A stretch of 50,872 bases of DNA from Acidimicrobiia bacterium (GCA_036277635.1 DASUMP010000043.1:1-50872); one strand, 5' to 3'; positions 11,174-20,008 are shown, counted from the first letter of the stretch. Translations and numbers: made by a program. The notes: generated by a model from the letters alone, not told the origin.

Positions 11174-12040
11174 TCAGATCGGCCGCGGCCTCGCCCAGGT
11201 GCCCCACACCCGACGGGTGCCGAGCGCCTGGCGGGCCCGTTCGAGTGCACGCTGCCACGACGGCTCGTCGTCGAAGACCGCGGCGTACGACGAACCGCTG
11301 CCGCACAGCAACGCCGGCCGCTCGATGGCCGCCTCGAACCGGCGACGGAACGACACGAGCCGCGGCTCCAGGCGTTCGGCCGCGGGTTCGAGGTCGTTCG
11401 TCAGCGCGACGGTCAGCGGCGCCAGCGCGGCGGGCGCCGCGACCAACCGGACGTCGCGGGGCCCGCCGAGCTCGTCCCAGCTCCGATAGACCGCGGGCGT
11501 CGAGCACCCGAAGGGCGGCGTCGCCACCACGACCGGGAGCGCCGCCGGCAACACGACCGGCTCGAGGTCGTCGCCCCGCCCGCGCATCCACGCGGGTTGT
11601 CCGGCGAAGCAGAACGCGACGTCGGCGCCGAGCGACGCGGCGATGGCGTGGAGATCGTCGGACGGGACCCGCAGCGCGCGGCCGAGCACGCGCAGCACGG
11701 CACCGGCGTCGGCCGACCCGCCACCGAGTCCCGCACCCATCGGGATCGCCTTGTGGAGACCGATGCGCGCGCCGGCGGCTCCGGCCCGTTCGAGCACGGC
11801 GGTGGCGGCGCGGACCGCGAGGTTGGTGTCGTCGACGGGCGCGCTGCCCGCCGGCTCCACGAGGAGCTCGACGCCCGGCTCCTGCCGGACTTCGACCATC
11901 ACCTCGTCGGCGGGATCGTCGAGCGCGACGGTCAACGCCTCGAGCGCGTGATAGCCGTCGGGGAGCAGCCCCACGACCCGCAGCGAGAGGGTCAGCTTCG
12001 CCCGCGCCGGTTCGTGCGTGTACTGGTGGCCGTGCTTCAC
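11174..12040 (-). CDS. ispE: 4-diphosphocytidyl-2-C-methyl-D-erythritol kinase
   Basis: 288 aa. AKLTLSLRVVGLLPDGYHALEAL..., KAIPMGAGLGGGSADAGAVL (GHMP kinase motif). The GTG start overlaps the rsmA stop (GTGA 12037-12040). Confidence 0.9.
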   Translation of the reverse strand: MKHGHQYTHEPARAKLTLSLRVVGLLPDGYHALEALTVALDDPADEVMVEVRQEPGVELLVEPAGSAPVDDTNLAVRAATAVLERAGAAGARIGLHKAIPMGAGLGGGSADAGAVLRVLGRALRVPSDDLHAIAASLGADVAFCFAGQPAWMRGRGDDLEPVVLPAALPVVVATPPFGCSTPAVYRSWDELGGPRDVRLVAAPAALAPLTVALTNDLEPAAERLEPRLVSFRRRFEAAIERPALLCGSGSSYAAVFDDEPSWQRALERARQALGTRRVWGTWARPRPI

Positions 12041-12879
12041 GCGCGGTCCTCGGCGTCGGCACGCGCGAGTCGGGCCCACCCGTCGAGGCCGACCGTCTCG
12101 GCTCGCGCACCCGGATCGATGCCGGCGCCCTCCAGCCGTGGCACCGCGCGGTTGCCGAGCACTGTCGCGAGCGCGTTGCGCAACGTCTTGCGTCGCGTCG
12201 CGAACCCGGCGCGCACGAGCTCGAAGAGACGGTCGACATCGGGCACGTCGACGGGTGGCGACTCCCGACGCGTGAGCGCGACGAGCGCGGACTCGACCTT
12301 GGGCTTCGGCACGAACACCGTCGGCGGCACGACGCCCACGACACGCGCCTCGGAGTAGTACGCGACCTTCACCGAGACGGCACCGTACGCGCTGTCGCCG
12401 ACGCGTGCCGCGAGTCGCTCGCCGACCTCGCGCTGCACCATCACGAGCAGCCGCTCGACCATCGGCGCGCGCTCGAGCACGTGGACCACGACGGGCGTCG
12501 CGACGTTGTACGGCAGGTTCGAGACCATCACCCAACGCGGCGCCGCCGCGAGGACGTTCCGCCAGTCGATCGTCAGGGCGTCGTCGTGCACGATGGTCAC
12601 CGGTAGTCCGGCGACCGTCTCTTCGAGAGCAGCCACCACGTGGCGGTCGAGCTCGATCGCGGTGACCGCGGCGCCGGCTTCGCACAACGCGAGCGTCAGC
12701 GAACCGACACCGGGTCCGACCTCCACGACCGGCGTGCGCCCGTCGACGGCGGCGAGGCGCACGATGCGGCGCGCCGTGTTCGGGTCGGCGAGGAAGTTCT
12801 GACCGAGCGCGCGGCTCGGGTGCAGACCGTGGGCGTCGAGGAGCGCGCGGATGGACGACGGCGTGAGCAGCGGCGTCAT
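12037..12879 (-). CDS. rsmA: 16S rRNA (adenine1518/1519-N6)-dimethyltransferase
   Basis: MTPLLTPSSIRALLDAHGLHPSRALGQNFLADPNTARRIV, VVEVGPGVGSLT, NLPYNVATP. ATG 12879 overlaps the tatD stop (ATGA). Confidence 0.92.
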   Translation of the reverse strand: MTPLLTPSSIRALLDAHGLHPSRALGQNFLADPNTARRIVRLAAVDGRTPVVEVGPGVGSLTLALCEAGAAVTAIELDRHVVAALEETVAGLPVTIVHDDALTIDWRNVLAAAPRWVMVSNLPYNVATPVVVHVLERAPMVERLLVMVQREVGERLAARVGDSAYGAVSVKVAYYSEARVVGVVPPTVFVPKPKVESALVALTRRESPPVDVPDVDRLFELVRAGFATRRKTLRNALATVLGNRAVPRLEGAGIDPGARAETVGLDGWARLARADAEDRA

Positions 12880-13667
12880 CGAGGCGCGTCGAGTCCGAAC
12901 GCTCGTCGTGCGTTCGCGCTCGTGCACTCGGCGACCGCGGCGACGGGCTCGTCACGAGCGGCCGCCAGCGCGGCACCGACGTGCACCACGTACGCCGGCT
13001 CGTTCTCGCGCCCTCGGTGCGGGACCGGTGTGAGGAACGGCGCGTCGGTCTCGACGAGCATCCGGTCGGCGGGCGTGACGGCCGCCGCGGCGCGCAGGTC
13101 GTCGGCGTTGGCGAACGACACGATGCCGCTGAACGAGAGGTACGCGCCCAACGCAAGTGCTCGCTCCGCTTCGGCCGGACCGCCGGTGAAGCAGTGGAAC
13201 ACGGTGCGATCGGGGGGAACCTCGTCGTCGAGGACGCGGAACGTGTCGTCCCACGCGTCCCGGGAGTGGATGACGAGCGTGCGGTCGAGCCGCTTCGCGA
13301 GATGGATCTGGAAGCGGAAGGCGTGCTCCTGCTCGGCGCGCGGCGAATGCTCGTAGTACAGGTCGAAGCCGGCCTCGCCCACGCCGACCACGCGATCGGC
13401 GTGCGCGAGCACCTCGAGCTGACCCCACTCGACGCTCAGCTTCGACGCGTCGTGCGGGTGCAGCCCAACCGTCGCGTAGACCTCGTGATGGCGCGCCGCG
13501 AGGTCGAGCGCGTGCCGCGACGTCTCGAGGTCGGTCCCGACGCACACCATCGTGGTGACGCCGGCCGCGACGGCGCGTGCCACCTGCGCCTCGGCCGCGG
13601 CGACGTCGCCCGCCGACGACCCGAGCTGCAGGTGGCAGTGCGAGTCGATCCAGGTCGGTTCGCTCAT
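12876..13667 (-). CDS. tatD: TatD-family metal-dependent hydrolase/DNase
   Basis: MSEPTWIDSHCHLQL..., VGLHPHDA, VGEAGFDLYY, LVIHSRDAWDD, LVETDAPFL. ATG 13667 overlaps the metG stop (ATGA). Confidence 0.9.
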   Translation of the reverse strand: MSEPTWIDSHCHLQLGSSAGDVAAAEAQVARAVAAGVTTMVCVGTDLETSRHALDLAARHHEVYATVGLHPHDASKLSVEWGQLEVLAHADRVVGVGEAGFDLYYEHSPRAEQEHAFRFQIHLAKRLDRTLVIHSRDAWDDTFRVLDDEVPPDRTVFHCFTGGPAEAERALALGAYLSFSGIVSFANADDLRAAAAVTPADRMLVETDAPFLTPVPHRGRENEPAYVVHVGAALAAARDEPVAAVAECTSANARRAFGLDAPR

Positions 13668-15190
13668 CCGTCGGCCTCGTCGAGGCGGGGGAACAGCGGC
13701 GCGCCCTTCTCGAGCGCGTTCCCGGCCGGCAACCCGCCCCACTGCGCGGCGTCGGGCAGGCGCTGGTCGCCCGGTGAGCCCGCCAACCCCAATCGGCGCC
13801 ACAGCTCGGCCGAGGCGCGCGGGATCACCGGCCACGACAGCAGCGCGACGACGCGCAACGCTTCGAGGCAGTCGCCGAGCACCGCCGCGACCGCGGCGGC
13901 GTCGCCCGCCTTGTGGAGCGCCCACGGCTGGCGGTCCTCGATGTAGGCGTTCGCGGCACGGATCAGGTTCCACACCGCACCGAACCCGTCGGCGAAGTCG
14001 ACGCGCTCGAGCGCCGACTGCAGTCCGGCGAACGCGTCGGCGGCCGCGTCGCGGAGCGGCCCGTCGGCGCGCGCGTCGGGAACGGCACCGTCGACGTAGT
14101 TGACTGCCATGTTCAGCACGCGGTTGGCGAGGTTGCCGAAGTTGTTGGCGAGATCAGCGTTGTAGCGCGCCACCATCGCCTCGTAGCTGAACTCACCGTC
14201 AGGACCGAAGCGCTGGTCGGCCATGAAGTGGTAGCGGAAGCCGTCGGAGCCGAACACGTCGACGAGCTCGCGCGGCGTGATCTGGTTCAGCCGCGTCTTC
14301 GACATCTTCTCGCCGCCGACGAGCAGGAACCCGTGCGCGAACACGCACTCGGGCAGCGGGAGTCCCGCCGACATCAGCATCGCGGGCCAGTAGACCGCGT
14401 GGAACCGCAGGATGTCCTTGCCGATGAGGTGGTACGCGGGCGGCCAGTAGCGCTCGAAGCGCTCGGGCTCCGTGCCGTAGCCGACCGCGGTGCAGTAGTT
14501 CACGAGCGCGTCCGACCACACGTAGGCCACGTGCCGGTCGTCCCACGGCAACGGCACGCCCCACGTGATCGACGTCCGACTCATCGAGAAGTCGCGCAGT
14601 CCCTGACGGATGAGTCCGAGCACCTCCTTGCGGCGACCGTCCGGGCGCACCGCTTCGGGGTGCTCCGTGTAGTGCGCGAGCAACGCGTCCTCGTACTTCG
14701 AGAGCGCGAAGAAGTAGTTCTCCTCGCTCACGAACTCGACCGGACGCCCGTGGATGGGGCAGTTGCCGCCGACCAGATCGTCTTCGGCGTAGTACGCCTC
14801 GCAGGCGACGCAGTACAGGCCCTCGTAGGTGCCGAGGTACACGTCGCCGTTGTCGTACAGCGCCTGGAGGAACTTCGCGACTGCCGTGTAGTGCCGGTCC
14901 TCGGTCGTGCGGATGAAGTCGTCGTTGGCGATGTCGAGGATGTGCCATGCGTCACGGAACTTCTGGCTCGTGCCGTCGGCCATCTCGCGAGGGGACATCC
15001 CGGCGGATTCCGCGGCGCGCTGGATCTTCAGGCCGTGCTCGTCGGTGCCCGTGAGGAAGGAGACGTCGTCCCCCCACATCCGCCGCCAGCGCGTGAGGAC
15101 GTCGCCCGCGACCGTCGTGTACGCGTGCCCGATGTGGGGCTCGTCGTTCACGTAGTAGATGGGCGTGGTCACGTAGAACGGTCGAGGCAT
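13664..15190 (-). CDS. metG: Methionine--tRNA ligase
   Basis: MPRPFYVTTPIYYVNDEPHIGHAYTTVAGDV (HIGH motif) and KMSKTRLN (KMSKS motif). 508 aa from ATG 15190. Confidence 0.95.
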   Translation of the reverse strand: MPRPFYVTTPIYYVNDEPHIGHAYTTVAGDVLTRWRRMWGDDVSFLTGTDEHGLKIQRAAESAGMSPREMADGTSQKFRDAWHILDIANDDFIRTTEDRHYTAVAKFLQALYDNGDVYLGTYEGLYCVACEAYYAEDDLVGGNCPIHGRPVEFVSEENYFFALSKYEDALLAHYTEHPEAVRPDGRRKEVLGLIRQGLRDFSMSRTSITWGVPLPWDDRHVAYVWSDALVNYCTAVGYGTEPERFERYWPPAYHLIGKDILRFHAVYWPAMLMSAGLPLPECVFAHGFLLVGGEKMSKTRLNQITPRELVDVFGSDGFRYHFMADQRFGPDGEFSYEAMVARYNADLANNFGNLANRVLNMAVNYVDGAVPDARADGPLRDAAADAFAGLQSALERVDFADGFGAVWNLIRAANAYIEDRQPWALHKAGDAAAVAAVLGDCLEALRVVALLSWPVIPRASAELWRRLGLAGSPGDQRLPDAAQWGGLPAGNALEKGAPLFPRLDEADG

Positions 15191-15351
15191 CGTCGCTCCG
15201 TCGGAGGTGTGGCGCCCATTGTGCTCGCGCCCCGGTGCCGTCCACCGCGCCATTGCCGGCGGAGGCGGCTACGCTTCCTTCGGCTCCGGCCGGCCGTGTC
15301 CGGTTGCGCCGCCGTGTGGGGACGACGGTGCGGGAGCGAGGGGGGTTCCCC

Positions 15352-15597
15352 ATGAACCCGATCGGCACCGCCCGGCGCATCGATCAGCTCGGACGCGTCG
15401 TCGTTCCGGTCGAGCTGCGACGGCTGCTCGGCATCCGGGAGGGCGACCTCCTCGACATCCGGGCCCAAGACGGTCATCTCGTGCTCGATCGCATCGAACC
15501 GAGCTGCATCTTCTGCGGCGAGGACTCGAGCGCGCTGCGCGAGCGTCACGGCAAGCACGTGTGCGCCGGCTGTCTCGCCGACCTCACGACCGCCTGA
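15352..15597 (+). CDS. AbrB/SpoVT-family swapped-hairpin DNA-binding regulator with a C-terminal CxxC...CxxC zinc-ribbon-like tail
   Basis: MNPIGTARRIDQLGRVVVPVELRRLLGIREGDLLDI closely parallels B. subtilis AbrB (VDELGRVVIPIELRRTLGI). The tail is CIFCGEDSSALRERHGKHVCAGC. A GGGAGCGAGGGGGG purine tract lies upstream. The 3' end overlaps the convergent rsmI by 14 nt. Confidence 0.85.
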   Translation: MNPIGTARRIDQLGRVVVPVELRRLLGIREGDLLDIRAQDGHLVLDRIEPSCIFCGEDSSALRERHGKHVCAGCLADLTTA

Positions 15598-16444
15598 GCG
15601 AGTCACGCACGCGCACGGCGGCCTCGTAGGCCGCCCGCCGCGAGACGCCGAGCTCCGCCGCCACCTCCGCCGCGGCGTCGCGAGCGCTCGCTCCACTCGC
15701 CATCGCCGACGCGACGGCGGCCGCGACGGCCGCGGGGTCGGGAACGGCGCTCGGCGCAGCGGCATCGAGCACCACGACGTACTCGCCGCGCGCCTCGCCG
15801 CGCGACCGCACGGCCGTGACGACCTCGCCGAGCGGTCCGCGAACGACGTCTTCGTAGCGCTTCGTGAGCTCGCGCGCGACGCACGCGCGGCGCTCGACCC
15901 CTACGACGCCCACGAGGTCGTCGAGGGTGGCGTGGATGCGATGGGGTGCCTCGAAGAGCACGACGGTGCTGTCGGCGTGGACGATGGTGCGCAGGCGCTC
16001 CGCACGTTCGGCGCCCTTGCGGGGCAAGAACCCCTCGAACCGGAAGCGTGCGGTCGGGAGCCCCGACACGACGAGCGCGGCGAGTAGCGCGCTCGGGCCC
16101 GGCACGGCTTCGACCGTGAGCCCTTCGTCGAGACACGCGCGCGCGAGCCGCTCGCCGGGGTCGGCGATGCCGGGCGTCCCGGCGTCGCTCACGAAGACGA
16201 CGCGCTTGCCCTCCCGCACCTGTTCGACGATGCGTTGCGCCTCGGTCCGCTCGTTGTGCGCGTGCACCGCGCGCAAGCGACCGCCCGCCGAGATGTCGCA
16301 CGCGCTCAACAGGGCGCGCGTGCGGCGAGTGTCCTCGGCCGCGATGACGTCGGCGTCGCGCAGCTCCTCCACGGCGCGCCGGGACAGGTCGCCGAGGTTG
16401 CCGATCGGGGTCGCGACGAGGACGAGCGCGCCGCCCCCCGTCAC
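15584..16444 (-). CDS. rsmI: 16S rRNA (cytidine1402-2'-O)-methyltransferase
   Basis: VTGGGALVLVATPIGNLGDLSRRAVEELRDADVIAAEDTRRTRALL.... The GTG start overlaps the stop of the upstream DUF192 gene (GTGA 16441-16444). Confidence 0.9.
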   Translation of the reverse strand: MTGGGALVLVATPIGNLGDLSRRAVEELRDADVIAAEDTRRTRALLSACDISAGGRLRAVHAHNERTEAQRIVEQVREGKRVVFVSDAGTPGIADPGERLARACLDEGLTVEAVPGPSALLAALVVSGLPTARFRFEGFLPRKGAERAERLRTIVHADSTVVLFEAPHRIHATLDDLVGVVGVERRACVARELTKRYEDVVRGPLGEVVTAVRSRGEARGEYVVVLDAAAPSAVPDPAAVAAAVASAMASGASARDAAAEVAAELGVSRRAAYEAAVRVRDSLRRS

Positions 16445-16770
16445 CCGCGCACCTCGACGATGTCGCCGACGTCGAGCTTCCAGGCGTCGAAGCAGCCGGC
16501 GGGCGCCTCGATCGCGAAGTAGGCGCGCACCACCGGTCGTGAGATCCGCCGGCGCTCCAACGTGCGCGCGTAGAGCACGAACCCGTCGCGATCGCAGAAG
16601 GCGACGTCGATCGGGAAGCGCATCCCGAACGTGTGCACCTGCCGGCACGGACGCAACACGAGTACGCCCTCGAACTCCTCGCGCCCGAGCAGCCCGCGCC
16701 GGCGCGCGCGACGAGTCACCGCGATCTCCGCCGCCGCGAGCACATCGTCACCTCGCACGAGCCAGGGCAC
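16441..16770 (-). CDS. DUF192-domain protein (COG1430-like)
   Basis: 109 aa. RRRGLLGRE...GVLVLRPCRQVHTFGMRFPIDVAFCDRDGFV...FAIEAPAG pattern. AAGGAGG lies 5 nt upstream of the GTG start. Confidence 0.75.
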   Translation of the reverse strand: MPWLVRGDDVLAAAEIAVTRRARRRGLLGREEFEGVLVLRPCRQVHTFGMRFPIDVAFCDRDGFVLYARTLERRRISRPVVRAYFAIEAPAGCFDAWKLDVGDIVEVRG

Positions 16771-16788
16771 GACACCTCCTTGGCAGCG

Positions 16789-17814
16789 CTACACGTTGAA
16801 GCGGATCTCGACGACGTCGCCGTCGGCGACCTCGTAGTCCTTGCCCTCGACGCGCAGCTTCCCCTGCTCGCGTGCCTTCGTCCACGAACCGATCTCGAGG
16901 AGCTCGTCCCAGTGGATGACCTCGGCGCGGATGAAGCCCCGCTGCAGGTCCGAGTGGATGACGCCGGCGCACTCGGGAGCACGCGCGCCGGCACGGAACG
17001 TCCAGGCGCGCGACTCCTTGTCGCCGGTGGTGAAGAAGGTGCGCCGACCGAGCACGTGGTACGCCGCGTGCGCGACGCGATCGAGCGCGGGCTCGTCGAT
17101 GCCGTACATCGCCCGCATCTCGGGGCGGTCTTCGGGCGCGCACGCGGCGATCTCGGCTTCGATGTCGATCGGGACGACCATCGCGTCGCGCCCGTCGATA
17201 CCCGGCGAGGCGTCGGGGTCGGTGGCGTCGCCCACGTTGAGCACCACGAGCGTGGGTTTGGTGGTGAGAAGGAAGCACGCGGCGAGGAGCTCCTGCTCCG
17301 CCGCCGACACGTCGGCACGCGCGATCGGGTCGCCCGCCGAGAGCACCGCGAGCGCATGTTCGAGCGCGGCGATCTCGGGTCCGAGGGTCTTGTCGGTGCG
17401 CGACGCCTTCTGCTGGCGCTCGAGGCGGTTCTCGACGCTCGTGAGGTCGGCGAGGACGAGCTCGAGCTCGATCGCCGCGAGGTCGCCGGCGGCATCCGCG
17501 GGCACACCGCCTTCGGCGTGGGCCCGCAGCACGATCAGGATCGCGTCGCAGTTGCGGAGCGAGCCGAGGAACTTCGCGCCCAGACCCTCCCCCGGCTTCG
17601 CGCCGGGCGGCAGTGCGAGGTGCACCAGCTCGAAACCGGCGGGGACGACGTTGCGCGACGCCGACATCGCGGCCAGGCGGTCGAGGCGCTCGTCGGGCAC
17701 GCTCGCGATCCCGACCGCGGCCTCGTACTCCGAGGGCACCGGCAGGCCCGTCAACGCGCTGAACAAGCGGTTGGCGCCCGCGCCGGTGAACCCGACGAGT
17801 CCGAGGTTCTCCAT
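16789..17814 (-). CDS. YchF/OLA1-like protein with degenerate nucleotide-binding motifs (DUF933-type C-terminus intact)
   Basis: 341 aa from MENLGLVGFTGAGANRLFSALT.... It aligns along its length to E. coli YchF as I recall it. GLPNVGKST is replaced by GFTGAGANR and DIAGLV by HLALPP. The C-terminus is canonical: TFFTTGDKESRAWTF..GFIRAEVIHWDEL...KDYEVADGDVVEIRFNV. Confidence 0.85.
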   Translation of the reverse strand: MENLGLVGFTGAGANRLFSALTGLPVPSEYEAAVGIASVPDERLDRLAAMSASRNVVPAGFELVHLALPPGAKPGEGLGAKFLGSLRNCDAILIVLRAHAEGGVPADAAGDLAAIELELVLADLTSVENRLERQQKASRTDKTLGPEIAALEHALAVLSAGDPIARADVSAAEQELLAACFLLTTKPTLVVLNVGDATDPDASPGIDGRDAMVVPIDIEAEIAACAPEDRPEMRAMYGIDEPALDRVAHAAYHVLGRRTFFTTGDKESRAWTFRAGARAPECAGVIHSDLQRGFIRAEVIHWDELLEIGSWTKAREQGKLRVEGKDYEVADGDVVEIRFNV

Positions 17815-17911
17815 CGGGGGCAGGGTACCGGCCGCTTCGCGACGCTCGGCTACCCTCAACCGGTCCCAACGGGCCCCGGCCCGCACCCGCGATCCTCACG
17901 GAGCACGCGCG

Positions 17912-17995
17912 ATGAGCAAGAAGACGAAGAAGCGCAAGCTGCGGTCGCGGCGCAACAAGGCGAACCACGGCCGCCGCCCGCGCGCCGGCCGCTGA
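17912..17995 (+). CDS. 50S ribosomal protein bL37 (Actinobacteria-specific 27-aa micro-protein)
   Basis: MSKKTKKRKLRSRRNKANHGRRPRAGR. The KANHG(K/R)RP core matches the mycobacterial bL37 peptide as I remember it. Hidden at the end of shadow ORF 16841..17995. Confidence 0.7.
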   Translation: MSKKTKKRKLRSRRNKANHGRRPRAGR

Positions 17996-18030
17996 ACCCG
18001 ACCACAGGACCACCCGACCACAGGACACCT

Positions 18031-18050
18031 GAGTACCGTTTCGGTACCTC
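18031..18050. terminator. Short palindromic hairpin between bL37 and convergent fetB
   Basis: GTACCG-ttt-CGGTAC (18034-18047) is a perfect 6-bp stem, extendable with one bulge (GAGTACCG/CGGTACCTC). Confidence 0.4.
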
Positions 18051-18079
18051 ATCGTCCTCTGCTCGGGGGTGTGCGCGCC

Positions 18080-18862
18080 TCAGGGGTCGCTGACGCGGGT
18101 GGGGACCACCAGGCGGTGGTCGCGCGTGAAGAGGGCGCGCTGCGCGCCGAGCGCGACCACCGTCACCGTCGTCGCCGCCGAGCCGAGCACCAAGTACATC
18201 ACCGCCGCTTGCACCCGCACGGCATCGAACGGGTCGACGCCGGCGAGGATCAACCCCGTCATCGCGCCGGGGAGGAACACGAGACCGACCGACTTCGTCG
18301 TCTCGATCTGCGGGATGAGCGCGGTGCGCAACGCGCCGCGTAGGTAGGGCCGCGCCGCCTCGCTCGACGGCAGACCCAAAGCGAGGCGCGCTTCCACCTC
18401 GTCGCGCTTGTCGCGCAGCTCGTCGACGATGCGGCGCCCGGCGAGCACCGTGCTCGTCATCGAGTTGCCGACCATCATCCCCGCGACCGGGATGAGCGCC
18501 CGCGCTTCGAGCGGGAACACGCCGAGCCCGAAGAGCACGCCGAGGGTCACGACGGCCGCGGCACCGAAGGCCGCCAGACTCAACCCGAACGCGCCGGGAA
18601 CCTCGCGGGCGCGCCGGCGGACCGTGTCGGCCGCGAAGACGAGCATCGCGACGACCCACGCCCACGCCCACCACAACGAGTGTGAGGCGTCGAGGACGAG
18701 ATCGAGCGCGACGCCCACGAGCAGCAGCTGCACCAGGGCACGCGCCGACGCCCACACGATGCTGCGTTCGACGCCGATGCGCCGCACGATCGACAGCACG
18801 ACGGCGACGCCCACGAGCACCAGCGACGCGAGCAGACCGCCCCAACCGATGTCACTCGGCAC
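18080..18862 (-). CDS. fetB: FetB/YbbM-family (UPF0014) ABC exporter permease, putative iron export
   Basis: 260 aa, multi-TM. The motif IPQIETTKSVGLVFLPGAMTGLILAGVDPFDAVRVQ is typical of the YbbM/FetB family. Confidence 0.8.
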   Translation of the reverse strand: MPSDIGWGGLLASLVLVGVAVVLSIVRRIGVERSIVWASARALVQLLLVGVALDLVLDASHSLWWAWAWVVAMLVFAADTVRRRAREVPGAFGLSLAAFGAAAVVTLGVLFGLGVFPLEARALIPVAGMMVGNSMTSTVLAGRRIVDELRDKRDEVEARLALGLPSSEAARPYLRGALRTALIPQIETTKSVGLVFLPGAMTGLILAGVDPFDAVRVQAAVMYLVLGSAATTVTVVALGAQRALFTRDHRLVVPTRVSDP

Positions 18863-19571
18863 CGGAAGCCTCCCTCAGGAAGTCGAGGACGTCCGTGGGC
18901 GCGCCCACGCCGAGCTGCTCCAGCGGACCCGCGTGCGCGACCCGCCCGTCGATCACCACGAGCACGGTCGTGGCGACGCGTGTCACCTGGGCGAAGTCGT
19001 GCGTGACCCACAGGAGCGGCACGCCGTCGTCGCACAGCATCCGCGCGAGGTCTTCCAGCGCGTTGCGCGACGACGCGTCGAGCGAGGAGGTGACCTCGTC
19101 CATGAGGAGCACTTCGGGCTGCGCGGTGAGCGACCGCGCGAGGCACAGGCGCTGCGCCTCGCCACCCGAGAGGGACATCGCGTCGCGAGCGAGGAAGTCG
19201 GCAGCGAGCCCGACGCGCGCCAGCACCTGCTCACCGGCGTCGGACGTCATCGTGGGGTCGGCGACGCGCAAGTTGTCGAGCCCGGTGCCCGGGAACGGCG
19301 TGGGTCGTTGGAACACCATGCCGACCCGGCGCCGCAACGCGAGCACGTCGGTGGTCGCGACCTCGGCGCCGCGGAACCGGACGCTTCCTTCGTCGGGTAC
19401 CTCGAGTCGGTTGCAGCAGCGCAACATCGTCGACTTGCCCGATCCCGACGGGCCGACCAGAGCGGTGATCCCGCGGTCGGGGACGACGGCGTCGACGCCG
19501 CGCAGGCGCCACCGACCGTCGCCGCGCACACCGACGCCGGCGAACTCGAACAGCGGCGAGGCGTCAGGCAC
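18852..19571 (-). CDS. fetA: FetA/YbbL-type ABC transporter ATP-binding protein
   Basis: Walker A GPSGSGKST, signature LSGGEAQRL, Walker B LLMDEVTSSLD. Overlaps fetB by 11 nt. Confidence 0.85.
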   Translation of the reverse strand: MPDASPLFEFAGVGVRGDGRWRLRGVDAVVPDRGITALVGPSGSGKSTMLRCCNRLEVPDEGSVRFRGAEVATTDVLALRRRVGMVFQRPTPFPGTGLDNLRVADPTMTSDAGEQVLARVGLAADFLARDAMSLSGGEAQRLCLARSLTAQPEVLLMDEVTSSLDASSRNALEDLARMLCDDGVPLLWVTHDFAQVTRVATTVLVVIDGRVAHAGPLEQLGVGAPTDVLDFLREASGAE

Positions 19572-19998
19572 GCACCGATGATCGCACTTCGCCGCTCGCG
19601 CGCTCGGGAAGGACGAGCAGCGCGATCGCCACGATCGGCGTGATGCTCGTCATGATCGCGAGCAACGGGACGTCGGCTCCGGAGTACAAGTCGAGGTTCG
19701 CCGAGTGGTAGATCGCGTGCGGGAGTCCGTACGCGATCCACGCGAGCGCGGTGCCGATCACGAGGTTCCGACCGGTGCGCACCGCGGCCCACCCGGCGAG
19801 CAACCCGAGCGCGAGGTTGAACGCGCCCACGTCGCGCACGAGGTGCTCGTTGTACGGGCCATCGACGCTCACCCACGAGCGTCCGCCACCGGGGAAATCG
19901 TCGTAGAAGCTCTGCGGACCGAACAGCGCCCACACACCGACGAAGAGCCCGGTGAGGGCGAGCGCCCAGAGCAGCACCTTCACGAGTCGTTCCGGCAC
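19564..19998 (-). CDS. Hypothetical 4-TM membrane protein
   Basis: 144 aa from the GTG at 19998 (GAGGAG about 7 nt upstream). VPERLVKVLLWALALTGLFVGVWALFG... has four hydrophobic segments. No family recognised. Confidence 0.6.
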   Translation of the reverse strand: MPERLVKVLLWALALTGLFVGVWALFGPQSFYDDFPGGGRSWVSVDGPYNEHLVRDVGAFNLALGLLAGWAAVRTGRNLVIGTALAWIAYGLPHAIYHSANLDLYSGADVPLLAIMTSITPIVAIALLVLPERASGEVRSSVRA

Positions 19999-20008
19999 GG
20001 TGTGCTCC

